Notes: generated by a model not told the origin, from the sequence alone. A stretch of 63,757 nt of DNA, filler included, from an uncultured bacterium (GCA_964471275.1; 7 parts of 7 records of this genome joined end to end with filler, not necessarily neighbours in it); one strand, 5' to 3'. Positions 9,752 through 19,819 are shown, counted from the whole stretch's first letter. Program-made: numbers and translations.

Positions 9752-10346
9752 GGCACTGCGAGGAATGGCCTGTCCCGAGGACAACATACACATCGGCTGG
9801 CTTGCTGCCCTTCAATTCATTGTATGCCCAGGCGAAACACGGGCCACCGCGGCTGAAATCGATATGCGGCGCAACAAGCGCGGATACATCCTTTCTGGGC
9901 CGTAGCGTGCAGTCGGGACCGGTCTGATCGGCAAAGAAACTGTCGATCAGGAGTCGCAGGGCTTCCGGTGAGTCCGGGTATGAGCTACCTGCCAGGGCGG
10001 CAGGTCGTTTCGGTTCCTCCCTGTAGGCCGCCTCGATATCGGATTTGTGTCGTCTGAAATGGTCAGAATCCAGAAGCAGTGCATCGTCAAGTGACGTGAT
10101 CAACTCGTCAATCTGTTCGTCCATGATAGTCGCACCATCCGTGGCTTGCTCGAAAAGCGACCGCATATCTGCTACGGTATGATCGCCATCCAGAAAGGTC
10201 ATCAGCTGGAAGACCTCTGGCGCTACGCCAAGCCCATCCTGAGCGATACCTTCGGGATCCCTCAGATAGACCAGGTGCTGACCGTCGACATCGACAGGAT
10301 AGGCCTCGACGTATCGCAGACGTGGCAGGACTTCCAAACGCAGCAC
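9752..10346 (-). CDS. AmmeMemoRadiSam system protein B (MEMO1 family) with N-terminal extension, 3' truncated by contig end
   Basis: RPAALAGSSYP, LVAPHIDFSRGG, VVLGTGH motifs of the MEMO family. Confidence 0.8.
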
Positions 10347-10628
10347 CAGAGAGTTATTCGCCAGACCTGCGGGCGAAATCGGATTGCCGTTCGACGAAGA
10401 GAGGAACGGATTGGCGTAGAGGATTTAGACGGCGGGAATGGCCGGTGATATTGGGGACGTGCAATTGAAAATAGATCATCGGCTCGGTGCGTCAAGGGCA
10501 AACGCGTATATCTAGTCTGTCCAGTGTCAAATTGGTGTTGACACATTTATCCCGTATGTTGGATTGATTTGGGATCGCAGCTCTCTACACGATATTGACG
10601 GCACGGTCTCGAATCTGGATCTGTCTCA

Positions 10629-10683
10629 GCCCCGGAACGGGGCGACCGCCGGTAGCCTGGGGTGCGGCCGCACCCCAGGGCTG
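10629..10683. repeat. GC-rich hairpin plus perfect 24-bp palindrome
   Basis: GCCCCG-GAA-CGGGGC (10629-10643) and CCTGGGGTGCGGCCGCACCCCAGG (10656-10679). Confidence 0.75.
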
Positions 10684-10851
10684 GACGGACAATCGTGAAC
10701 CGCGTCGCGATGACTTCTCGGCTCCAGGAAAGGAATGCCCCCGGCGCGAATCGTACAAACACGTGCGTACCGGTAACGGCCTCGATCCGATGCGGCAAAG
10801 CGTCGACTCAAACGAATCTGAACGGGTAACATAATTCTGAAACATTACAAT

Positions 10852-13203
10852 CTAGTCCTTGGGCTGTGCCACTCGGGCGACCCAGATGCTGATCTCATAC
10901 AAGAGCACGAGGGGGAGTGCCATCATCATTTGAGAGATCGGATCTGGCGGAGTCAGGAAGGCTGCGAGCACGAAACCGATCAGGATGGCGTAGCGTCGGC
11001 CCGACCGCATCCGCTGTGACGTCAGCACGTTCACCTTTGCCAGGAAGAACGTCGCCACCGGCAGTTCGAACACCGCACCGAACGCGACGAGAAGCCGAAG
11101 GACGAACCCGATATACATACCAATGTCAAACTGTGCGACCACATCCGTGTCTGAAGTCAGCCCGACCAGGAAGTGGAGCGACAGCGGGATAACTCCGAAG
11201 TAGGCTACTGAGCCGCCGATCAGGAAGCAGAAAGTGAATGAAACGACGATGAAGGAGACGTTCCGTCGTTCGGTCGGAAAGAGACCGGGTGCGATGAACT
11301 GCCAGAGTTGATACAGCACCCACGGCAAAGCCAGAATAAGGCCACCGACAAGCGCGATATTCAGCTTCACCATGAACATCCCCATCGGCTTGAGCGTGAC
11401 GAGGATGTTGTCAGGATTCATCTCACGATAGGGAATCGTCAGCACGGCAAGAACCGTATCCGTGTTCATCCCGCAGATGACCGCTCCGACAACCACACCG
11501 CCTAACGCCCGGAGCAGGTGCCATCTCAACTCTTCCAAGTGCTCGAGGAACGGCATCGGTTCATCTTCATCCGGTGCGTTGGGCTCGTCCAGCCAATTGA
11601 CGTCATCCTCGTCATCGGCTACTGCCAGCTCCTCTGGTGCTGACTCAGTCTCCTCGCTCCCCACGTCAGAAGAGGGCTGATCCGATGGACTCGCATCCTC
11701 CAGCTTTCTGGGTCCGAACATCGCAAATACAAATACGCCCAGCCCGATCAACGCTGCTATCTGGCTGAACAGATCTCCATTCTCCGCGTAGAAGGTCATC
11801 GTTGTGTTGAGCGTGATATCACCTGTTACTGTGGCTGTTTCAAAGATTCCGGTCGCTTCGGTCATCCTACCCACCGGATCGACAAGGGCGGAGACACCGG
11901 TGTTGGCGCATCGGACGACGGCTCTCCGGTTTTCGATCGCCCGGAAGACCGATAGCTGGGCGTGTTGATAGGGGCCGGACGTCTTCCCGAACCAGCCGTC
12001 GTTCGTGATCACCGTCAGAAACTCAGCGCCATCATTCACGAACCGACGCGCCAGCTGGGGGAATGCGGAATCGAAGCAGATCATCCCCGAGAAGCGAGTA
12101 TCAGCCAGACTGAACACGGTGTAGGTATCACCCGAATCCCAGTTCCCGGATACAAACCCGCTGCCGCTGAATCGGATTGTCCGAAGTCCGGGAAGCAAAT
12201 CGGGAAAGGGTGTGCGTTCCCCGAACGGCACGAGGCGCATCTTGTCGTACCGGTCGAGATCCGTCTGCCCCGGTGAGAACAGGAACGACGCGTTATACGT
12301 CCGTCGAGGCGGCCCGATCTCGAGATGGTTTGCGCCCGTATATATATGTATGTCGAGGGAGTCGGAGAGATCCTGAACGAGATCCCGGTAATGCTGGTTC
12401 ACACGTAGATGAAAATAGGCTGGTACAGCTGTCTCCGGCCATACGGCAAGACGCGCTCCCGCCTCGTGCACCTGGATCGTCTGCCCTTTCAGAACCGCAA
12501 AGTGCGTCTCGAAGGGTCTGAACTCCTTTGCTAGGGGCTCCAGATTGGGCTGTGCCACTCCCACGCGCATCGAGCGATCGCCGTGTGTTTCCGACATTCG
12601 CTGGATGCCATACGCGAGGGGTACTGCAAACAGAATAACGACTGCGGCCATCCCGAGAGCGGTTCGCTTCTGCCAGAGCTGGAACAGCACAATGTTGACC
12701 AGTACCAGCCAGAAGGAGACCCCGAAGATCCCGAACAAATCCACGTACTGAATGAGAGGAAGGTATCCGACCTGTGACACTCCGAGAAGCACCCACGGAA
12801 AACCTAGGTCCCCGAGCGAGGAAACATACTCCAGTCCCACCCAGATGAACGGCGCAGACCAGAGGCCACGGAGACCGAACCGGCCCACGACTGTCGCGAT
12901 CATCCAGACGGTAAGGCCTCGCCACATGGAGAGATAGAAGACGGCGGCCAACACACCGGGCGCTGTGATCCAGGCAATCCAGTATATTGTAGCCGCGTAG
13001 TAGGCAACGCCGCTCATGAATCCTGCCAGGAACGCGGCCCGGCCGCGCAGAACGGCAATCGACAGGAGCAAAGGCACCAGACCGACATAAGCAAGGAAAC
13101 CCGTCGGAAGGGGTACGTGAGATGCCCCCGTGGTGAGTCCGGACAGGATCGGAAAGGCGAAGAAAACCAGCCCTGTAGGGCGAGATTGAGTAGTGTCAGC
13201 CAT
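10852..13203 (-). CDS. lnt-tatC: Fused apolipoprotein N-acyltransferase (Lnt) and twin-arginine translocase subunit TatC
   Basis: Single ORF: Lnt (GFPW, QPN, WPET, YDKMRLVPFGE, ICFD, TNDGWF, RAIENRR, NTGVS), ~50-aa acidic linker, then TatC from 11556 (MPFLEHLEELR, QLWQFIAPGL, FELP, TPPDPISQ, LLYEISI). Confidence 0.9.
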   Translation of the reverse strand: MADTTQSRPTGLVFFAFPILSGLTTGASHVPLPTGFLAYVGLVPLLLSIAVLRGRAAFLAGFMSGVAYYAATIYWIAWITAPGVLAAVFYLSMWRGLTVWMIATVVGRFGLRGLWSAPFIWVGLEYVSSLGDLGFPWVLLGVSQVGYLPLIQYVDLFGIFGVSFWLVLVNIVLFQLWQKRTALGMAAVVILFAVPLAYGIQRMSETHGDRSMRVGVAQPNLEPLAKEFRPFETHFAVLKGQTIQVHEAGARLAVWPETAVPAYFHLRVNQHYRDLVQDLSDSLDIHIYTGANHLEIGPPRRTYNASFLFSPGQTDLDRYDKMRLVPFGERTPFPDLLPGLRTIRFSGSGFVSGNWDSGDTYTVFSLADTRFSGMICFDSAFPQLARRFVNDGAEFLTVITNDGWFGKTSGPYQHAQLSVFRAIENRRAVVRCANTGVSALVDPVGRMTEATGIFETATVTGDITLNTTMTFYAENGDLFSQIAALIGLGVFVFAMFGPRKLEDASPSDQPSSDVGSEETESAPEELAVADDEDDVNWLDEPNAPDEDEPMPFLEHLEELRWHLLRALGGVVVGAVICGMNTDTVLAVLTIPYREMNPDNILVTLKPMGMFMVKLNIALVGGLILALPWVLYQLWQFIAPGLFPTERRNVSFIVVSFTFCFLIGGSVAYFGVIPLSLHFLVGLTSDTDVVAQFDIGMYIGFVLRLLVAFGAVFELPVATFFLAKVNVLTSQRMRSGRRYAILIGFVLAAFLTPPDPISQMMMALPLVLLYEISIWVARVAQPKD

Positions 13204-13259
13204 AGGGGTCAGCAATTATGCTTCAAGGTTGGGCGCATAGCTCTGTACCGAGGCGCGAA

Positions 13260-13288
13260 AATATACGAGTCCGGCCATGTGCTGTCAA
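13260..13288 (-). promoter_or_regulatory. Sigma70-type promoter for lnt-tatC
   Basis: TTGACA-17-TATATT on the minus strand, about 55 nt before the ATG. Confidence 0.65.
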
Positions 13289-13335
13289 ACTTCTGCACCT
13301 TTCACAACTTCACTGAATACAACTATTTCCGATGA

Positions 13336-14544
13336 TTGCCCCGTAACCTGAGTGATACCGTGCTACCTGATCTTGCCTCTGAAATACTGTCGCTGAAGCA
13401 GAAAAGCCTGCATCGATCCATACGTGAGATCGGGACACCGCACAACGCGTCCATTCGCATCGACGGAAAGGAAGTCGCTCTCTTCTGCTCAAACAACTAC
13501 CTTGGGCTCGCGAATGATGCTCGCCTCAAGGCAGCTGCGGCCACGTGCCTGGAAGCGTATGGTGTGAGCGCGCCGGCATCTCGTCTCATCTCCGGTAGCA
13601 CCGCCCCGCACCGCGAACTCGAAACGCGGCTTGCTGACTTCCTCGCCAAGGAATCCGCGGTCGTATTCCCCACTGGATACACGGCCAACATTGGCGTTAT
13701 CCCTGCGCTTGTCGAAGAAGGCGACCTGATCTTCAGCGATCAGCTCAACCATCGCAGCCTGATCGATGCCTGTCGACTCTCACGCGCAAAGACCATCGTC
13801 TACGATCATCTGGACTTCGACGATCTCGCCAGAAAGATGACGGCTCACAGATCAGCTCGTCGTCGGATGATTCTGACGGATGGCGTGTTCAGCATGGATG
13901 GTGATCTCGCGCCGCTCGATCGCATCGCCGAGATCTCACGCTCGGAGAAGGCCATTCTGATGGTGGATGATGCACACGGCACCGGAATCTTCGGGTCGTC
14001 AGGTCGCGGTACACCGGAACACTTCGGGGTCGAGTCTGCAGTCGACGTCTGGATGACATCCGCCAGCAAGGGGTTCGGCACCTTTGGCGGAGTGATTGCC
14101 GGTACGGGTGATCTGATTAACCTGATCGTGAATCGATCACCCGCCTTTATCTACACCACGGCAATCCCCCCGGACATCTGTGCCGCCACGATCGAAGCGC
14201 TCGACATCTTGGATCGCGAGCCCGAAAGACGTGAAACGCTACTCTCGGCGGCCGCTCGAGTCAGAGAGTCGCTGGCGGATTCCGGGTTCGACATCTGTGG
14301 ATCCCGATCGCATATCATCCCGATTCTCATCGGTGACGCGGCCAAAACACTGGACGTCGCCGATTTCTTGATCGATCGAGGCGTCTTTGTACTGGGCATT
14401 CGCCCACCAACGGTTCCCGAAGGCAAGAGTCGACTCCGCGTATCTCTGATGGCAACTCACACCCGGAGCCACATCGAGCATTTTCTGAGAACGATGCTCG
14501 AAGCAGGAGCGGCATTCGGTCTCGGCAAAAGCGAGGCAACGTGA
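13336..14544 (+). CDS. bioF: 8-amino-7-oxononanoate synthase (class II PLP aminotransferase)
   Basis: SNNYLGL, SRLISG, DQLNH, DGVFSMDGD, VDDAHG, SKGFG, IRPPTVPEG; exact start uncertain. Confidence 0.88.
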   Translation: MPRNLSDTVLPDLASEILSLKQKSLHRSIREIGTPHNASIRIDGKEVALFCSNNYLGLANDARLKAAAATCLEAYGVSAPASRLISGSTAPHRELETRLADFLAKESAVVFPTGYTANIGVIPALVEEGDLIFSDQLNHRSLIDACRLSRAKTIVYDHLDFDDLARKMTAHRSARRRMILTDGVFSMDGDLAPLDRIAEISRSEKAILMVDDAHGTGIFGSSGRGTPEHFGVESAVDVWMTSASKGFGTFGGVIAGTGDLINLIVNRSPAFIYTTAIPPDICAATIEALDILDREPERRETLLSAAARVRESLADSGFDICGSRSHIIPILIGDAAKTLDVADFLIDRGVFVLGIRPPTVPEGKSRLRVSLMATHTRSHIEHFLRTMLEAGAAFGLGKSEAT

Positions 14545-16532
14545 GCGGCAATTCCCTCGAGCTCTTCGTCTCCCCCGATGGCAATGATACCGGGTCCGGT
14601 TTGGGTCGCGAACCTTCCTCACAGGATGGTCCTCTTGCCTCGATCGGGATCGCCTGCGAACGTGCCCGTGAGAACACCAGGCCCAGCTCGATCACGATCA
14701 CGGTTCTGGCCGGTGATTACGAACTGGATGGCCCTGTCGTATTCGATAGCCGACTCAGCGGCACAGCTGATTGCCCGATCACCATTCGCTCTGAGTCCAT
14801 TGGCGCCGCCAGACTCATCGGGGGACGTATCCTGAACGAATCATCATCCGACGATTCGAGCGTTCCTGAGCGAATCCCCGCGGCATCCCGACAGCACATC
14901 CGATCCTACGACCTGTCAGCTATTCAACCCGGGTCACTGTCTGCAAGAGGATTTGGTCGAGAGCAGGAGAATGCGCATTCGGAAATCTTCAACGCACACC
15001 GTCGGCTCGAGCTTGCTCGATACCCGGATACCGGGTATGCGCGTATTGGTGGAATACCGAACGCGGGTGATGACGAACACGGCGGTAAACTCGGTAAGCT
15101 CGAAGAAGGATTCTCGATCGATGACGACCGTCCTTCCAACTGGGCGTCCGTGGAGGATATCTGGGTGCACGGCTACTGGGGATGGGATTGGGCCGACTCC
15201 TACGAACGAGTAGCGGGATTCGACACCGACACGAATCACATCACGACGCACTCACCGCACGGTGTGTATGGCTTCCGTGTCGGTCAGCCCTTCTACTACT
15301 TGAATGTGCCGGAAGAGCTGACGCGTCCCGGTGACTACTACATCGATCACGGCAATCGGGTCGCGCACATATGGCCGTCCCATCCGGACGAGGAGATCGC
15401 CATTTCGGCATCTGTAGGCCCGATGCTGCTATTCGATGACGCCAGCCATATCCACATCGACGGTTTCGTTCTTGAATACAGTCGAGGCGGCGGCGTGGCC
15501 GTAACCGGAGGCACGAACATCTGCTTGAGAGGTCTGACGGTCCGAAACACGGGCAACTCGGGAATCGTGATCGAGGGGGGCCGCGCGCACTCAGTCCTCA
15601 GTTGCGATATCTACCAAACTGGCGAGACGGGCATCGATGTATCCGGAGGCAACCGGGAAACGCTGGCACGATGCGATCACGAGATCGTGAACAATCACAT
15701 CCACCACTTTGCGGAATGGATCCGGTGCTATCGCCCGGGAATCAGAGTGGCGGGTGTCGGTATCCGGATCGCCAACAACCACATACACGATGCCCCGCAC
15801 AACGCGGTACTCCTCTCCGGCAACGAGCACCTGATCGAGAAGAACCACATCCACGATGTCTGCCACGAGACGGGCGATTCCGGTGTTTTCTACATGGGCC
15901 GTGACTGGACAGAGCGCGGAAACACAATCCGACACAACCGGATACACGACACCCACGGCCACGGCCTGGGTTCCCGTGCGATATACCTCGACGACTGTGC
16001 AAGCGGTTCTGTCATCCATGGCAATATCTTCTACAATTGCACGATGGCCGTATTTATCGGTGGTGGGCGCAACCATCGTATCACGAACAATATCTTCGTC
16101 GACTGTGAGCCGGCCATCGTCGTCGATGGACGCGGTGCAAGCGAGGAGGATGTGTGGAAGCGGATGGTCAACGACACGATGCGACCGACCTTCGAGGCGA
16201 TGAACCCGCTCGAGCCCCCATACTCGGTCCGGTACCCCGATCTCAAGGAAGTCGCCGCTTACTATTTCCACGATCTCGGTGTCCCGCCTGAGGGCAACCT
16301 CATCAGCCGAAACATCTGTATCGGTGACTGGCTCCAGATCCGAGAGCCGGCGACGACCAAGATGCTTGCACTTCAGCACAACTTCACGGATGGGAATCCC
16401 GGATTCACCGATACTGGCGATCGTGACTTCACCTTACCGGAAGATGCAGAAATCTACGAGTTGGGATTCAAGCCTATCCCCACGGATGAGATTGGCCTAT
16501 TCGTAGACCTGTACAGGACCAGAATCGACTGA
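14541..16532 (+). CDS. Right-handed parallel beta-helix (pectin lyase-like fold) protein
   Basis: FVSPDGNDTGSG...GPLASI N-terminus, LARYP, GYWGWDWAD, many NNHIH-type beta-helix repeats, IYLDD. Confidence 0.8.
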   Translation: MSGNSLELFVSPDGNDTGSGLGREPSSQDGPLASIGIACERARENTRPSSITITVLAGDYELDGPVVFDSRLSGTADCPITIRSESIGAARLIGGRILNESSSDDSSVPERIPAASRQHIRSYDLSAIQPGSLSARGFGREQENAHSEIFNAHRRLELARYPDTGYARIGGIPNAGDDEHGGKLGKLEEGFSIDDDRPSNWASVEDIWVHGYWGWDWADSYERVAGFDTDTNHITTHSPHGVYGFRVGQPFYYLNVPEELTRPGDYYIDHGNRVAHIWPSHPDEEIAISASVGPMLLFDDASHIHIDGFVLEYSRGGGVAVTGGTNICLRGLTVRNTGNSGIVIEGGRAHSVLSCDIYQTGETGIDVSGGNRETLARCDHEIVNNHIHHFAEWIRCYRPGIRVAGVGIRIANNHIHDAPHNAVLLSGNEHLIEKNHIHDVCHETGDSGVFYMGRDWTERGNTIRHNRIHDTHGHGLGSRAIYLDDCASGSVIHGNIFYNCTMAVFIGGGRNHRITNNIFVDCEPAIVVDGRGASEEDVWKRMVNDTMRPTFEAMNPLEPPYSVRYPDLKEVAAYYFHDLGVPPEGNLISRNICIGDWLQIREPATTKMLALQHNFTDGNPGFTDTGDRDFTLPEDAEIYELGFKPIPTDEIGLFVDLYRTRID

Positions 16533-16670
16533 CCCCAGAGGCACCAAGCACACAAAGAGAAACGCACGCCAGAGGGATACCGGTCACCCGCTTCTGGATG
16601 GCAGAAGAGCTAGGAATAGCTTTGACTCCCAGTTTCCTCTTGGTGTTCTTTGCGTGCTTGGTGGTCAGTC
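16527..16670. repeat. 144-bp miniature inverted-repeat element (MITE/REP-like)
   Basis: Termini GACTGACC / GGTCAGTC; internal 16/17 inverted match CACCAAGCACACAAAGA / TCTTTGCGTGCTTGGTG built from ~9-nt CACNAAGNN units. Confidence 0.65.
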
Positions 16671-16699
16671 CTACTCTTTAGAACTCATGGAGGAAACGC

Positions 16700-17557
16700 A
16701 TGGCAGCACAGTTCCTTGAAGGCAAACCGGTCGCGGAATCTGTCCTGGCGGAAGTCCAGATAAGAACGGCGGAGCTCGCAAGAAAGGGCGTGATTCCCGG
16801 GCTGGGTACAATACTGGTAGGCGATGACGGCGCAAGTGCGGGTTATGTTGCCCGCAAACACGAGACTTGCGAAACGGTCGGCATTCGCTCCTACCACATC
16901 GATGTGACTGCCGATCAGACGCAGGCCGATCTACTTGCGGCGGTCGATAGTTTCAACAGCAACGCAGAAGTCGACGCCTACCTGATTCAGCACCCGCTCC
17001 CCGATGGTTTCGACTTCAACGAAGCCCTAGAACGAATGCACCCCAACAAGGATGCCGATGGCCTTCATCCGGTGAACCTGGGCAAGCTCGTCCTCCAAGA
17101 GCCCGGTCCCGTCCCGTGCACACCAGCCGGTATCCAGGCTATGTTCGTCCACTACAACATCGACGTCTCGGGCAAGGAAGTCGTTGTCATCGGTCGTGGT
17201 CCAACACTGGGCCGCCCACTGGCACTCCTCCTGACGCTCAAGCAACCAGGCGCGAACGCTGCCGTAACAGTCGTTCACACGGGCGTTCCCGACATCTCCT
17301 TCTACACACGGCGCGCGGACATCGTCGTCGCGGCCGCAGGTGTGGCCAACTTCGTAAAACCGGAAATGATCAAGCCGGGTACTATCGTTGTGAGCGGAGG
17401 GATTACCTGGAAGGGAAAGCGACTGCAGGCGGATGTCGATGAATCCGTCGGCGAAGTGGCCGGCTGGATTACGCCGCGATTGGGAGGCGTCGGCCTGACG
17501 ACTGTAGCGATGCTGCTACGAAACACGGTAAGGGCGGCCGAGAGACGTGCCCGCTGA
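16700..17557 (+). CDS. folD: Bifunctional methylenetetrahydrofolate dehydrogenase/cyclohydrolase (divergent)
   Basis: LVGDDGAS.GYV..K, IQHPLP, KDADGLHPVNLG, PCTPAGI, ADIVVAAAG, GGVG; GGAGG RBS. Confidence 0.9.
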   Translation: MAAQFLEGKPVAESVLAEVQIRTAELARKGVIPGLGTILVGDDGASAGYVARKHETCETVGIRSYHIDVTADQTQADLLAAVDSFNSNAEVDAYLIQHPLPDGFDFNEALERMHPNKDADGLHPVNLGKLVLQEPGPVPCTPAGIQAMFVHYNIDVSGKEVVVIGRGPTLGRPLALLLTLKQPGANAAVTVVHTGVPDISFYTRRADIVVAAAGVANFVKPEMIKPGTIVVSGGITWKGKRLQADVDESVGEVAGWITPRLGGVGLTTVAMLLRNTVRAAERRAR

Positions 17558-17739
17558 GCCCCGGATAGACAATCTGAGTGGGTTCCTTCCCCGTCGCCGC
17601 TAGGACGCAAGGATTGATGTTTCTGTCCCGACGCCCGACACCCCACCCAACCCCCAAAACCCGCGTAATATCTTGTTTTGAATACAATTACTTACTACTT
17701 CCAGTGATTATTTCTGAGTGAGCCTACCCGCAAGAACGT

Positions 17740-18271
17740 GTGATGCGTGAACTTGGCTTGACACAGCCACGTCGCCGTCGTCTTCGTCCCAAGCGTGTTG
17801 AGCGTATGCGTCCTCGTCGTCCGAACCAAGCCTGTCCGATCGATATGACCAGCTTTCAGCGTTCGGACCTCAGGCCTGTGTATCTGGTGACCCTCATAGA
17901 CTGTTACACACGCCCGCTCGTGGGATGGCACGCCAACGATCGGTGTAAGGCATCAGACAGGAGCAGTGCTGTTCGCCCGGCTCTTGAATCCCGTGGGTTG
18001 CGAACTAAGGAATCGTGTTCAGACCTGGTTCTACGGAGCGACAATGGTGCTGAGCCCAGTTCGAAACACTTCGTTGAGTTCCTCGAACACGGTATCAAGG
18101 GACAATACACTGGATACAATGCTCCTGATGACAACGCCTACGTTGAGCGCGTGATCCGCACCATCAAGGAAGAAGAGATCTGGAGTAGCGACTACCAAAC
18201 GAAGTGAATGAAGCACATCAATCAACTTTGATGGCAACTTGAAAACGTCTCACTTTGGGGGGACCACTACG
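17740..18271 (+). mobile_element. IS3-family insertion sequence relic (integrase core fragment plus right terminal repeat)
   Basis: RPNQ...DMT, IDCYTR, LRSDNG, YNAPDDNAYVERVIRTIKEE (DDE core) with premature stop; IS3-like end GTCTCACTTTGGGGGGACCACTAC at 18247-18270. Confidence 0.8.
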
Positions 18272-18395
18272 CAGAGGCGAGACGGGCAGAGCACGCTAGC
18301 CTTTTCCTGCCCCGCTCTGCTCCTGCCTCCGGGCGGCCGGGTGTGGTCGCCCCTGCGCCTCCGCGCCCCTGCCTTTGCTCCTGCTCTTAAAGATG

Positions 18396-19379
18396 CTACC
18401 ACCCGTAGACGCGATGACCCTCACCCGGGAACCAGATCATGTCCACCCCGAACGAGATTCCGGCGGCGAAGAAGAATCCGGCGATGAGACCAAAGAAGAA
18501 GGGCTGAGCCTTTCGGTAGAGACCGATACCACCGAGGCGAAGAATAACGAGCTTGGCTGCCCAGGCGATAAAGATCGAAAACCAGGAAAGCCTCACGGGG
18601 AGCGTGTAGGCCACCGGTAGTCCAATCGGATGAATCGGCCACCAGGAAAGCCTGTAGCGAAGATATGACAGCACAGCCATCACGGCTCCACCACCGGCCA
18701 TCACACCGAGCTTGCCCCACCCCGTATCGAAGGGGTTGCGCATTTTCTTCACGGTGGCATCGTAAGGCGTTTCGGAGCCGCGCCGGAAGATCCAGTCGCC
18801 ATAGTTGTAGGCTCCTTCGGCATACCCCATCATCAGCGTGTAATACATTGAAGCCACAACACCGGTCACAAGCGCAAGACAGACACTGACAATGATCGTC
18901 TTCCGATTCAGCCGAAGCGAGTCACTCAGCTTCGACGCGTGAGCGACTGCAGGCATGAAGAAGGATTTGATATCGCAGAACCAGGCATAGGAGACCGCAA
19001 GTGCAGTCATCGACTGCGGCGAGATGGTGGACACGCCCAGCGTGTAGGCCGTGAAGTGCTGGGCGATCATTGGTCCCCGCAGAAAGACCAGGCCGCCTTC
19101 GATCACGATACGCGTCACACCCAGGTAGATCACAAAGACTGCGAACAGGAAAACGCAGATAGCGCTTAGTGCCATACCCGTCGCATTCAGGAACACGACC
19201 ATATAGAACAAAGCCAGCAATCCACCGAACACGGCCGCCCGGTAGGACAGGAGTTCCTGGCTGTCATCCACATCCTGATCGCCTCGAAGAGCCTTGCGCA
19301 CCACGTCACCGAGATGATCGCGTGCCATCCAGAGCCCCCACAGCACCATCACAATCATTCCGCCAAAGCCCTGCCAGCC
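18396..19379 (-). CDS. DUF6785/DUF6784-type polytopic membrane protein, 5' partial
   Basis: LLSYRAAV.G, RIVIEGG, WWPIHPIG, ILRLGGIGLYRKAQPFFFGLIAG pattern; many TM segments. Confidence 0.7.
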   Translation of the reverse strand, partial: GWQGFGGMIVMVLWGLWMARDHLGDVVRKALRGDQDVDDSQELLSYRAAVFGGLLALFYMVVFLNATGMALSAICVFLFAVFVIYLGVTRIVIEGGLVFLRGPMIAQHFTAYTLGVSTISPQSMTALAVSYAWFCDIKSFFMPAVAHASKLSDSLRLNRKTIIVSVCLALVTGVVASMYYTLMMGYAEGAYNYGDWIFRRGSETPYDATVKKMRNPFDTGWGKLGVMAGGGAVMAVLSYLRYRLSWWPIHPIGLPVAYTLPVRLSWFSIFIAWAAKLVILRLGGIGLYRKAQPFFFGLIAGFFFAAGISFGVDMIWFPGEGHRVYGW

Positions 19380-19380
19380 C

Positions 19381-19480
19381 NNNNNNNNNNNNNNNNNNNN
19401 NNNNNNNNNNNNNNNNNNNNNNNNTTAATTAATTAANNNNNNNNNNNNNNNNNNNNNNNNNNNNNNNNNNNNNNNNNNNN
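19381..19480. other. Artificial contig linker
   Basis: 44 N + TTAATTAATTAA + 44 N. Confidence 0.99.
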
Positions 19481-19482
19481 TC

Positions 19483-19761
19483 GAGATCTGGAAGAATCAC
19501 TACCGGGATGCCCCGTTCGTCGCGCCGATTGCAGCAGACGACGCCGCCTTGCGCGAGGGAAGATTCCTCGACATCGACGGCTGCAATCAGACCAACAGGG
19601 TGGAACTGTATGCCCTCGGAAATCTCGAGGCCGGCATCACCCTGATTGGCCGTCTGGACAACCTCGGCAAGGGTGCGGCGAGCCAGGGAGTTGAGAACAT
19701 GAATCTGATGCTTGGTTTGAACCGACTCCACGGGATCGGGGCCGCTTACCGAACTGAATGA
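19483..19761 (+). CDS. argC: N-acetyl-gamma-glutamyl-phosphate reductase, C-terminal fragment
   Basis: CNQTNRVEL...RLDNLGKGAASQGVENMNLMLG; upstream of argBDGH. Confidence 0.85.
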   Translation, partial: EIWKNHYRDAPFVAPIAADDAALREGRFLDIDGCNQTNRVELYALGNLEAGITLIGRLDNLGKGAASQGVENMNLMLGLNRLHGIGAAYRTE

Positions 19762-19783
19762 TCGAGGTACGATCGAGCGATCC

Positions 19784-19819
19784 GGCCCCCGAGTCATCTG
19801 GTTCGGGGGTTTTCGTTTT
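19784..19819 (+). terminator. Intrinsic terminator after argC
   Basis: GGCCCCCGAG-8-TTCGGGGGTT hairpin followed by TTCGTTTT. Confidence 0.65.

Noticed and set aside
18272..18390. GC-rich short repeats and hairpins next to the IS3 end (also CCCGAC repeats near 17627-17650)
   Set aside because: Too degenerate to define a unit; no constant repeat-spacer period, so not CRISPR.
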